DNA of 64,000 nt from assembly GCA_964016885.1 (NCBI GenBank), contig OZ024740.1, positions 283,526,001 through 283,590,000 on the forward strand. The letters run 5' to 3'. Every line of letters begins with the position of its first letter. Within the stretch, counting starts at the first letter, position 1. Shown here in pieces: positions 39,240 to 52,324 of the stretch. Made by a program: the position numbers and the translations under genes. The notes below the pieces were generated by a model. That model saw only the letters and a list, made by a program, of their open reading frames with translations, did not search any database and was not told the origin of the DNA. This stretch comes from Eledone cirrhosa (lineage: Eukaryota).

Positions 39240-39925
39240 GCGTATGTGTCATTTTGTGTGTGTGTGTCTATGTGTGTGTGTATGTATGTGTATGTGTATG
39301 TGTCTGTGTTCGTGTGTCTGTGTCTGTGTGTCTATGTATGTGTCTGTATGTGTGTCTATGTATGTGTCTGTATGTGTATGTGTCAGTGTGCGTGTGCCTG
39401 TGTCTGTGTGTCTATGTATGTGTCTGTATGTGTGTCTATGAATGTGTCTGTATGTGTGTCTAAGTATGTGTCTGTATGTGTGTCTAAGTATGTGTCTGTA
39501 TGTGTGTCTATGTATGTGTCTGTATGTGTGTCTATGTATGTGTCTGTATGTGTGTCTATGTATGTGTCTGTATGCGTATGTGTATGTGTCTGTGCGTGTG
39601 TCTGTGTCTGTGTGACTATGCATGTGTCTATGTGTGTGTGTCTGTATGTGTATGTGTATGTGTATGTGTCAGTGTGCGTGTGTCTGTGTCTGTGTGTCTA
39701 TGTATGTGTCTGTATGTGTGTCTATGTATGGGTCTGTATGTGTGTCTATGTATGGGTCTGTATGTGTATGTGTATGTGTCAGTGTGCGTGTGTCTGTGTC
39801 TGTGTGTCTATGTATGTGTCTGTATGTGTGTCTATGTATGTGTCTGTATGTGTGTCTATGTATGTGTCTGTATGTGTGTCTATGTATGTGTCTGTATGTG
39901 TGTCTATGTATGTGTCTGTATGTGT
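39240..39925. repeat. 24-bp TG-rich minisatellite
   Basis: TGTGTCTATGTATGTGTCTGTATG units; 8-aa periodic ORFs. Confidence 0.85.
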
Positions 39926-40611
39926 ACATTGCCTCTGTATGTGTACATTTGTTCTGCTCCTGTGTTTCAGGCGTTAACGGAATGACTAATTAATTCTGTA
40001 AGTAAACTAGTCTCACCACGCCTTCCAGTCTTTATTTGATCTCATTTAAACATAATTACTGACATTTTAACGGTTGGATATCAATTTATACTTTAAGATA
40101 ATCACATATAATGAAGAACCAACGTGTGATTATTATATGTTTATGTTGCTTCACAGAAATTGTGTAAGATGATGGACAAGTTATGTTAAATCGATATATT
40201 TAGTTGGTTTCTGTAATGACACACCGCAGGACACCAAATTATAAAGGTCTACCTATTATTCCTTCCATGCATTTATCCATCTGTCTACTTAACCATCTAC
40301 TCAACCATCCAACCATTAGCCGTACTCCATTCATCCATTCACCAGCCAGTCATCCCCCCCATTCGTCCATCTCTCCTGCCAAATAAGCATATATCTACCC
40401 ACTGTATCTTCCAGATATCAACCATCTTTCCATCTAATCAGCCAACCGAACAATCCAACTATCCATTCATCCATGCGTGTCACCATCCATTTATCCATCC
40501 ACTCATCCATTTATCCATCCAACCTTCATTCAATCCACCCACTCGTCAATCCATTTATTCATTGGTCCACTCATCCAATCTCCAGCCACCCATACATTCC
40601 ATGCCTCTACT

Positions 40612-40898
40612 AATCAATCAAACGGGTGCCCTTGACCCTAGGGTCACCTCTCTACTCACCACCATCGGCACAGAGCTGGCTAACCGCGGGTGTGAGCCAG
40701 CGCATCTCCCTCAACATCATCTTGGGGAAACGCCTTCTCTGTTCTGTCCACCGAGGCCGCCGGGCGGCCAGCGCGTGGGACCCCATTTGCTCATAATAAT
40801 CGGAGATGGGGAGGGCGGGAGGGACGGAGGCGATGACAGTGGGAATTTGGTTCCTCTGTGTTCGGACCTGGTGTTCATGGGTGTGTAATAAATAAAAT
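40612..40898 (+). mobile_element. Possible CRE-like RLE LINE 3' end
   Basis: TGALDPRVTSLLTTIG then (frameshift) QRISLNII.GNAFSV, resembling the CRE terminal QRxSxxxxxGNA; GC-rich island ending TAATAAATAAAA. Confidence 0.5.
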
Positions 40899-41400
40899 TA
40901 TGTATATTTATATGACTAAACTGGAGAAACGTGAAATAAACGCCATTGCGTCATTAATCAATCCAGTCCTTTAAACTTCTAGCCATACAGCCGCCATTCA
41001 ATCCATACATATATAATATAATGATATAATGAAATTATTGTGTACAGTGCTCAGGTGCACTACAACTCATCAAAGGTGCATGTAAAGTACATAGAATAAT
41101 GTACAAATGTCAATTGATATATATATATCAATCCGCATATTTTTCACATTAATACTAGTTCTTCATTACGTTAGATGCCTAATGTCTTTTACCATCCGTG
41201 TGCCAATATACAAAATCGATATTTCGTGGGTGGAAATGAAATGATATATATTGATAATAAAATCGATTTCACAGTGAAATTAAGGAATGACATCACAAGT
41301 AAACACGATGTAAATTAGAGTAAAAAGACTTGAGTATCAACCGTATAAGCATCACCAGCAACCATATCATAAATTTCAGTCTGAGAGGAATTAATGTCTG

Positions 41401-41503
<103 letters not shown>

Positions 41504-41534
41504 ATACACATATATATATATATATATATGTATG

Positions 41535-41659
<125 letters not shown>

Positions 41660-41727
41660 TACTGATGAGCTTGATAGACAGAATTGATTTACCATTTACC
41701 AGTATACACACACACATACAAATACAT

Positions 41728-41838
<111 letters not shown>

Positions 41839-42175
41839 CAGATATATAGATACTCAATGTATGGTGTATAAACGAGTAGAATCAATAACACAGCCGAGTA
41901 AAGATATCATGTATGTTGATGTATATATCACTTTTGTTAATACCGTTCCATACGATCATTTCGATGGCGAATTTGTATCAACATTTCATCGATGGAATAA
42001 ACATCTGTAAAGGTAGATGTGTTACAGCTAACAACCGGATATTGTGTGTTGAAATATAAAATAACAATTTGAAAGTTGGAGAGTATATTTAGGGTGGTAA
42101 TGATTATCTCTTCTTTCCTCTCTCTTTCTCTTTCTCTCTCTCTATCTCTCTCTCTGCATCTCTCTTTCTCCCCTC

Positions 42176-42272
<97 letters not shown>

Positions 42273-42308
42273 TAGTTTTGCGAGGTCTTTTTATATGAAA
42301 TCGTGTGT

Positions 42309-42351
<43 letters not shown>

Positions 42352-42406
42352 TTGATAGATAGATAGATAGATAGATTGATAGATACATATATATATAAAT
42401 ATATAT

Positions 42407-42481
<75 letters not shown>

Positions 42482-42989
42482 CACACATATATATACACTC
42501 ACATATATATATATATATAAACTCACACACATATACATACATACATACATACATACATACATACATACATACATACATACATACATACATACATACATAC
42601 ATACATACATACATACATACATACATACATACATACATACATACATTCATTCATTCATTCATTCATTCATTCATTGGTGAAGTAATCTTAAATATATAAT
42701 AAATGTATAAAAGTTAAATAAAACAGATCGGTGAAATCATGCTACATGGTCGAGTGATTTGACATATAAACCGACATAAGAACATTTTCAAAACTCATAA
42801 CATTATCATTTAGTGTAACATTCAAACGATGGAATCATGCGTAATGTAATAGGCTTCATTGGTGAATTTAACCAACAGTCACTTCCTGTTGGTGGTCAAC
42901 ACGTCTAAACATTCAACTATTGATTGACCATAGAGGTGAAAATCTTGGAAAGAAGTAGAGAAACAGCGAAACTAAGGAGAGAACAAATT

Positions 42990-43213
42990 AATTGTTTCTT
43001 ATATAGGCACAAGGCCAGTAATTTTTTTTTTTTGGGGGGGGGGGTCGATTAAATCGACCCCAGTGCATGACTGGTACTTTATTTTATCGACCCCATAAGG
43101 AAGAAAGGCAAAGTTAACCTCGGCGGGATTTGAGCTCGGATCATAAAGAGCCGTAACTCTCTGCTGCAAAGCATGGCGTCCGACTGTCTATCGATACTGC
43201 CAAGTCACCGCCC
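42990..43213 (-). mobile_element. SINE A long form
   Basis: Consensus match with GGGGTCGAT..ATCGACCCC hairpin. Confidence 0.85.
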
Positions 43214-43911
43214 TCAAGGAGAGAACAAATTAATGCGAGAGTAAAACGAAATAGAAGTACAATATATTATTGTCAGAGTAGAATAGAATGCTACGTATGA
43301 GTTGTAACATGAGATTGGATATTGTAAGGCTGCACTGTGTAAGATATGGGATGGAATTACTTTCCCAACCGTCACTGATAGGTGTGTGTATCTAGAACTG
43401 CTTCATTATCTAACATGTCCTTCTTTTTTTAAGATTCAAATGTGTGATATGAAGGAGTTTTGACTGCCATTTCTAGGACTCTGAGCTCCTATGTAAGATT
43501 TCGTTCGTGGACACGTTTATATTGATGATCTGAAATTGCAATGTTGACGATACACAAACATACCAAAGAGAGTTTACACAAACAATGTTCAGGGTACATA
43601 AACACAACTTGTTGGTAATACATAAACACGTTATTTCGATACTACATAAACACATTAACCTTTTAGGTTGTGTAGGTTTGTCAATCAAACGTATGAATTT
43701 GAATCGCGTCAACATTATTTTTTTTATTATGATTTCTCTGGTAAAGAACCAAAATTATATTGAATCTGTTCAAACTACACTTTGACATTTGGAGTAAAAT
43801 TGACATACATACACACACACACACACGTACATACATACATACATACATACATACATACATACATACATACATACATACATACATACATACATACATACAT
43901 ACATACATGCA

Positions 43912-44520
43912 TGGTGGCTGCCAACTCGTTTTCGAGTACGGCCACTACTTTATATCCATGTAGGAGAACTCGTACCGATGCGCTGAACGAGTGTGACTTT
44001 TTAGTCCAGCCAGCGACTTGAAAACTCTAGTACAAACACTACACCTGTGACAATTATTGACACATAGTGCTGGGCCCATGGTACCATGTGACGACAAGTG
44101 CAGAGAGATCTCCAGATATAAAGCAATGCCTGTGCCGTGAAGCTTTTATAGTGAGCAAAGGCACTGCACAAAGCCAGTCCCACTCTCTTAACCAAGATGA
44201 TATTTACCAAAAAGAAGAACAAGTCAATATCATTGGATACCATCAGGGTTACAGGTCTTATATCAGAGTTTTCCTTCTCCTAGAATTCTGCCTTGACAAA
44301 GGCTAAGGGGTCTTCTCTCCCGGTGATTTTGGATGGCCATTGACTCTTAAGAGCTCCTTTGCCCTTTGACAAGTATTGTTTTTAGTCCTGCAGGATGTCC
44401 AAAGTCACCCTCCTCACCAAGAAACCTTGGTGGGGTGGCCAGTTTAGTCCCCAACGACCCGACCATGAGACAGGTTGTACTGGGATACATGTTACCAGTA
44501 GCACCAACTGGTGACCTGAC
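43912..44520 (-). mobile_element. Apparently full-length (about 610 bp) bipartite non-autonomous RTE-like element in (CATA)n
   Basis: RTE-like 5' head fused to the C2H2-coding 3' end, no RT; (CATA)n on both sides. Confidence 0.75.
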
Positions 44521-44933
44521 ATACATACATACATACATACATACATACATACATACATACATACATACATACATACATACATACATACATACATACATAC
44601 ATACATGATAATATACCATTATCAATAATTATTAATTAATTCTATCGTGGAATGTTTTTGCGTGAAGATTTTTTTAAAGTGAGGAAAGACTGTGCACTGA
44701 GCCAATCCCACTCTTTGAGCGACAGTAGCTATAACCCGAGAAGAAAAGATCAACATCATCGGTAACTACTGAGCCGCAGGTTTTATGTCGGAGTTATCCC
44801 AGTTTACTGAGTTGCCTTCTCCTAGAAGAATGTCCTCACAAAGGATAGGGGTCCTTCACTCCCAGTGGTTTAACCGCGCGATCGGGTGTCCAGCCCGATT
44901 ATTTCTATGTCCCCGCATATATACATACACATG

Positions 44934-45030
<97 letters not shown>

Positions 45031-45059
45031 GCATACATGTATATACATATTTACACACT

Positions 45060-45600
45060 TTTGGATGGCCGTTGACTCTTATGAGTTCTTCCGCCCTTTG
45101 TCAGGTTTTGTTTTTTAGTCCTGCAGGGTGTCCAAAATCACCCTCCTCACAAAGTAGACTTGGTGGGGTTGCCGGTTTAGTCGCCGACGTCCCGACCATG
45201 CGACAGGTTGTACTGGGTTACATGTTACCAGTAGCACTCAAGAGTAACCCGACATGAACATACATACATACATACATACATACATACATACATACATACA
45301 TGCATACATGCATACATACAAACATACATACATACATACATACATACATACATACATACATACATACATGGTGGCTTCCAACTCGTTTTCGAGTACGGCC
45401 ACTACTTTATATCCATGTAGGAGAACCCTTACCGATGCGCTGAACGAGTGTGACTTTTTAGTCCAGCCAGCGACTTGAAAACTCTGGTACAAACACTATA
45501 CTTGTGACAATTACTGACACATAGTGCTGGGCCCATCGTACTATGTGACGACAAGTGCAGAATTCTAGGAGAAGGAAAACTCTAATATAACACCTGCAAC
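45060..45600 (-). mobile_element. RTE-like head (45060-45253) and internally deleted 3' copy (45368-45600)
   Basis: Homology to 43912-44520. Confidence 0.75.
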
Positions 45601-45714
45601 ATGCATACATATATGCGTACATACATACATACATGCGTACAAAGCCACATGCATGAATATACACATTCTTATGCAGATACAGTTATATATTATATGTGCT
45701 TGTATGTGTGTGTG

Positions 45715-45789
<75 letters not shown>

Positions 45790-45979
45790 TACATTCCTCC
45801 ACTCCATGACCACTGATCGCAATGTCCCACATCCCACATCCATCAAAATACAACAAAACCATTCAGCACAGCTTTATTTGACGTAGACCACATATGCTCC
45901 ATTTTAGGTACGTTTATGGTAATAAAACTATAAAGTATGATGAATTATGTATGCATCATATCTTCCTTAAACATTTTGT

Positions 45980-45987
45980 AACTACTG

Positions 45988-46023
<36 letters not shown>

Positions 46024-46083
46024 TCACCACTACTAATACTACTACTACTGCTACTACTACTACTACTACTACTACTGCTACTG

Positions 46084-46119
<36 letters not shown>

Positions 46120-46310
46120 ATACTACTACTACTGCTACTACTACCATCACCACCTCTACTACTATTACCACCACCACCACCACCCCCATCACCACCTCTA
46201 CTACTACTACTACTACAACCACCACTAGCTCTACTATTACTACTGCTGCTGTTGCTACTGCGGCTGCTACTACTACTATTACTACTACTATTGCAACCAC
46301 TACTACTAGT
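45980..46310. repeat. (ACT)n/(ACC)n tract
   Basis: Direct inspection. Confidence 0.95.
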
Positions 46311-46311
46311 A

Positions 46312-47085
46312 ATAATTGTTTCTACTTTAGGCACAAGGCCAGCAAATACCCAGTACATTACTGGTACTTTATTTTATCGACCCCCGTAAGGATGAAAGAC
46401 AAAGTTGACCTCGGCGGGATTTGAACTCAGACTGTAAAGGGACGTAACTCTCTGCTGCAAAGCATGGTGTCCGACTCTCTACCGATACTGGCAATCCACC
46501 AATAATGTTATTAGTGTAGCTGCTGATGATGATCATCATCATCTTCGTGGTGCTGATGATGGTGATGATGATGATTACAGTGATAATAATGATTTAAACG
46601 ATAAAACGTATGGCAGGAACTAGAACTTCAAAAACAACAATAACAGCAGTAACAACAACTAGAAGAAGACTTTGAAAATAACAGTTTCTACTTTTGGCAC
46701 AAGGCTAGCAATTATCCCAGTGCATTACTGGTGCTTTATTTTATCGACCCCGTAAGGATGAAAGGCAAAGTTAACCTCGGCGGGATTTGAACTCAGATCG
46801 TAAAGGGCCGCAACTCTATGCTGCAAAGCATGGCGTCCGACCCTCTACCGATACTGCCAATTAAAGCGCCAAGGCTATAATAATTATTTCCACTTTAGGC
46901 ACAAGGGGAGAGGAAATTTTGGGGAGAGCAAAGTCGATTAAATCGACGCCAGTGCGTTACTGGTACTTTATTTTATCGACCCCGTAAGAATGAAAAGCAA
47001 AGTTAACCTCGACGCGATTTGAACTCAGATCGTAAAGGGCCGTAACTCTATTCTGCAAAGCATGGCGTCCGATCCTCTACCGAAA
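46312..47085 (-). mobile_element. Three SINE A copies (46312-46500, 46682-46860, 46882-47085)
   Basis: Consensus matches. Confidence 0.85.
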
Positions 47086-47471
47086 CTCCCTTTGAAAATA
47101 ACATTGTATATTTAGATTAGAAAGAACGACGACATTTCACTATAGCGACTCCATTGTCCCATGTTTGAGGCAGTTTCATATGTAAAACATTGTTAACATG
47201 CTGAAATGTGTTTTTTATATTAACCAAGCCATTACAGTCTGTTTTCTTACGAAATTAAATAAAAATTGGTTTGATGCGTAAAGCTATCCTTTGATAAAAA
47301 TAGTAGTGAATTTATGGGGCCTTGGTTTTTATTTTATTATTGGTCGTCTAGTGTTACTTCTCCCCCTCCCCTCTCTCTCTTAATATATATATATATATAT
47401 ATAATAGTAGAACACTGACGGGTTGTATCCGTAGTAGTAGAGCACTCAGTCCATGGGACTTCATTTAGACC

Positions 47472-47508
47472 GAGCTGAAGATCCGAATAAGGTGAAACAT
47501 TTGTTCTC
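47472..47508 (+). ncRNA. Minimal type I hammerhead (F5)
   Basis: GAG-CTGAAGA-tCC gaataa GGt-GAAA-CATTTG-TT^CTC; homolog of 49225-49264. Confidence 0.65.
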
Positions 47509-47535
47509 ATTATGGTGAACTAACTTTTGTGGAAT

Positions 47536-47633
<98 letters not shown>

Positions 47634-48034
47634 TTTATTATCCCTAAGATTTGGAGTTTCTGTAGTTTCTCCTGTGTACTCAGAAGAAGCTCCAACGTAA
47701 CAAGGGTAATATTAGTGGTGTATTATATGAATTATGTAAATAATTTAGTACTGAGTGCATCAAATAGGGAATCTACATTTATTTATGAAAGGGTACACCA
47801 CGGGACTAGTTCTGTTTCTTTTGTTTACGAAATATTCGGTGGCTTCTTAGACAAGACATACTTTTAATACGGCGTTCATATAAAATACATATTAATTTTG
47901 GACTGCTTGTGTATTTTGAGAGACTTTGAAATGTCTCCTTACAGCTTGTGATTTGCAGGTCTTGTTGCAAATGTCGCAATGACCAGGGTTAAACCAGTTT
48001 GTCTATTCTATAGTAAATAGGAAGGGTTCTACAG

Positions 48035-48240
48035 CAGGCATGTCAAACATGCGGCCCGCGGGCCACATGCGGCTCTTTACAAGCACACCTGCGGCCCACA
48101 CAAAGGTTTTTACAGCACGAGCATTTTTTTATCTTCGTAGAATTAGTTGTAATGTGCACAATTAGTTGTCATGTGTGGCCGTCAGACAACACATATGTGA
48201 CACATGTGGCCCTCGGGGGACCCTCAGTTTGACATGCCTG
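48035..48240. mobile_element. hAT-like MITE
   Basis: Perfect 14-bp TIR CAGGCATGTCAAAC/GTTTGACATGCCTG; GCGGCCC subterminal motifs; flanks TTCTACAG/GTCTATTG. Confidence 0.8.
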
Positions 48241-48268
48241 GTCTATTGTGTAGTGTTATATTATTATG

Positions 48269-48349
<81 letters not shown>

Positions 48350-48365
48350 CATACAGGCACATCAG

Positions 48366-48875
<510 letters not shown>

Positions 48876-48911
48876 CGAAAGTCGATCGCTTCTTCCATAT
48901 ATATATATATA

Positions 48912-49204
48912 TAGTAATAATAATAAATTTGAAGACTAAAATCCAAAGAGGGCTCGATAAGGGTAAATATATATCAAATATATAAGAACCGTAGAGCAAA
49001 TAATGACGTATTATCTTCGTTTTTTTGTACGTTCTTTGCCAGGGAACGTTTCCACGAACCAAAGTATCATCTTCCTCTCTTCCTTCGGTTGCAACGTTTT
49101 TTTAAATATTTACTTCTGCGTTCACAGATTGACTTTTTTAGTTTCAGAAGATCCCGTTAAGGGTGAAAGCAGCGATTCTTTGCTTAAACTGTTATTTTAA
49201 TAAA
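48912..49204. mobile_element. (TA)n-inserted element with internal inversion relative to 23836-24010
   Basis: 48912-49001 is collinear with the 23.8-kb copy; 49150-49204 is in the opposite orientation. Confidence 0.7.
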
Positions 49205-49224
49205 TATATATATATATGCCCATT

Positions 49225-49264
49225 CCGAGCTGAGGATCCGCTAAGGTGAAACAATTGTTCTCGG
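49225..49264 (+). ncRNA. Minimal type I hammerhead (F5)
   Basis: CCGAG-CTGAGGA-tCC gctaa GGt-GAAA-CAATTG-TT^CTCGG; stem III palindrome ACAATTGT. Confidence 0.85.
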
Positions 49265-49295
49265 TATGGTGAACTAACTGTTGTGTAACCACTTC

Positions 49296-49412
<117 letters not shown>

Positions 49413-49494
49413 TATTCAAAATATTAATAATATTAATAATATTTAAAATATTAATAATATTAATAATGAAAAATATTCTCATAATCAAAATATA

Positions 49495-49557
49495 TATTTT
49501 ATTATACATATTTCAAAGGTACTATGGTGTTTAAGTACGTTTTCATCAGACAAAATA
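49495..49557 (-). ncRNA. Minimal type I hammerhead (F3)
   Basis: TATTTTGT-CTGATGA-AAAcGTACT..AGTACcTTT-GAAA-TATGTA-TA^ATAAAATA. Confidence 0.8.
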
Positions 49558-49964
49558 TAAGATTTTATATGCGACATACCGGTATGGTTTTGATTATTCA
49601 ATTCCAATAGTGGCAATTCCAATAGTTATATATGTATGTATGTATATGTGTGTAGATATATATTGTTTATGTAAAAATGTCCATACTAAGTATGAATAAT
49701 TTGAGCACTTTATTCAAAGAGGTATTTCCATGTTACCCTAAACAGGCATCTCCAATGTAAACGAATAGATTTTTTTAATTGAAACAGATACATATTAGTA
49801 AGGCTTTTAAGGAGATTCTCTACTTTTGATATTTATTCTTGATATTTAACCATGTTTTTGTTATAACATTATTTAGTGTTATATCGCGTGTTAGAATGCA
49901 TGAGAATGATAAGTGGAATGCATTTACATAAACGAGCTTTCAGCTGTTTTAAATTAAAAAATGA

Positions 49965-50018
<54 letters not shown>

Positions 50019-50022
<4 letters not shown>

Positions 50023-50706
50023 GTTAGTAAGCCCGTGGGTACTAAGTACCCCTGGAAATACATAGGTTGTCTATGATTTAAGGTTGTTCTATGGTATCAA
50101 TTTGACATACCAGAACTATAATATTAATATAAGCAGAACAAGCAAAATTCAACCAATTTTTTAAAATAAATTAAAAAATATAATTTAAATATTTACCTAT
50201 TCATATGGCTCTTACCGATCGGTTTCGCCTTGTAAAACACCAGAGACCCAATGGATTTCTAATGGAAAATCAAGGCTCATCAGAGAAGCATTTTCCTTTC
50301 CTAGGGCTAAAGACCCAGGAACGATAAAATATATTGTTATCTGCCAGCTAGCACAGATCCAAAAGGCCGAAAAATGACCTGTACGTGAACTACCCGAGGT
50401 TAAAGCGGGAAAAACATAGACGTGTTGTCTATCTCGTTACTAAAAATAGCAGCTAAATAGAATCAACGTGATTGTTCTCAACAAATGGAGGGTGATAGAA
50501 GAAGTTAGTAAGCCCGTGGGTACTAAGTACCCCTGGAAATACATAGGTTGTCTATGATTTAAGGTTGTTCTATGGTATCAATTTGACATACCAGAACTAT
50601 AATATTAATATAAGCAGAACAAGCAAAATTCAACCAATTTTTTAAAATAAATTAAAAAATATAATTTAAATATTTACCTATTCATATGGCTCTTACCGAT
50701 CGGTTT
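50019..50706 (-). mobile_element. Retrozyme/pLTR-like element: 481-bp period, 207-bp direct repeats
   Basis: 50019-50225 matches 50500-50706 with no difference seen; (TA)n on both sides. Confidence 0.85.
50209..50287 (-). ncRNA. Minimal type I hammerhead (F6)
   Basis: TTCT-CTGATGA-GCCTTG..CAAGGC-GAAA-CCGATCGG-TA^AGAG; stem III palindrome ACCGATCGGT. Confidence 0.9.
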
Positions 50707-50713
50707 ATATATA

Positions 50714-51148
50714 TACGATATTAAACAAATGGAAACTATATTTATAAAACCATATTTATTTCGTTATATATATTTCTGGGATATCATATTAAAAATATGG
50801 TATGCCCTCCTCAGACAAAATACAATACATAAGCTGTTTTATAAATAATTTTGACATACCTTATAATAATGCAACTTCCATTTAAAAAGTTGATTTGGTA
50901 GTTGCATTATTATAAGGTATGTCAAAATTATTTATAAAACAGCTTATGTATTGTATTTTGTCTGAGGAAGGTATACCATATTTTTAATATGATATCCCAG
51001 AAATATATATAAATATATATATGGTTTTATAAATATAGTTTCCATTTGTTTAATATCGTAAACCTACTCCAGAAACTGTTGAGTGCTTTTATATCAGTTA
51101 TAAAATATTTACTCGTTGTAACCCAACAATTTAAAATAAAACTTTTGC

Positions 51149-51150
<2 letters not shown>
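50714..51150 (+). mobile_element. F3 element with about 345-bp fold-back (50714-51060) and HHRs on both arms (50757-50822 minus, 50954-51011 plus)
   Basis: Inverted arms with a few mismatches; CTGAGGA core; minus copy stem I TATTTTGT/ACGAAATA; plus copy 3' stem I disrupted. Confidence 0.85.
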
Positions 51151-51244
<94 letters not shown>

Positions 51245-51589
51245 GATTGCATCGATCGTGCCACGAGCTGATCGCCAGAGAAACGATTGTAATATGTCTA
51301 ATAAATCTTATTCGTCGCACCAATGATTCTCCGTTTCTTATGTGATATATATATATATATATAAACGCATAGTGGGTCGTTCAATAATTCAAGAATCATT
51401 TAAAATATACTTTATTCTTTATTATTTCAACATAAAATGATAATGGATTCATATCATTATGTGACGATTCGAAGAGACGGTGAAATTCCAGCCAAACGTT
51501 GATGTGTACTCTAAATTTTAGGAGGCTTTGTTGCTATTTTTAATAGTTTCATAGATAGTCCCACAACGGTTAGTTTTATTTGTGGAATG

Positions 51590-51920
51590 AACCTCCATCG
51601 GTTTCGACAATGAGTGTTCCAGTTGTTCGATCAACGAAACACCATCCTCATGAAATTAAAGTGCAAGTGACTGAGCATTTCACAGACATGTATCCCCTTA
51701 ACGTAATTCTCATGAAGATTCAGTGTGGCATTGTGTGACAAAGCTAACCTGATTTGCAAGTACAGTCTACCCAACGTGCTTCCAAACAGTTTCTATCTAC
51801 CAAATTTCACTCACAGGAGATGGGTTGACTTGAGGCTATGGTAAATGATACATTCCTAATAAGTCATCCAGTGGGATCGAACATGGGGCCTAATGATTGC
51901 GAAATGAACTTGTTAACTAT
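51590..51920 (-). mobile_element. Diverged SINE fragments
   Basis: 51590-51760 resembles the SINE B type 1 tail; a reverse B-box-like GGGATCGAAC near 51873. Confidence 0.55.
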
Positions 51921-52234
51921 TCCTATTAATTGTAGTTTGACCATAACAGAATTTCTTTGGAGATGGGCTCTGCCAAACGACTCACTCGGGAATTACTGGT
52001 CCAGGCATTCATACCAGATTATTAGTTAGGAACCAGCTGATTAATTTAACCATATATCTGCTATTTTAGAATTTATTAATGTGAACAAACAGGTCAACCA
52101 ACTCCAAAAGTTGAACTTTTCTTTAACTCATATCAATTCAACCTTTTATTTTCTTTAAAAAAAACGTCTCTTTATTCTTATATACTTCTCCCTCTCATTT
52201 CTTTCCGTCTACCTTGCTTCCTTTCTCACTGCCA

Positions 52235-52324
<90 letters not shown>

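Noticed and set aside
51255-51300. Hammerhead-like CTGATCG..GAAACGATTGTA
   Set aside because: Core is not CUGANGA and stems I and II do not pair
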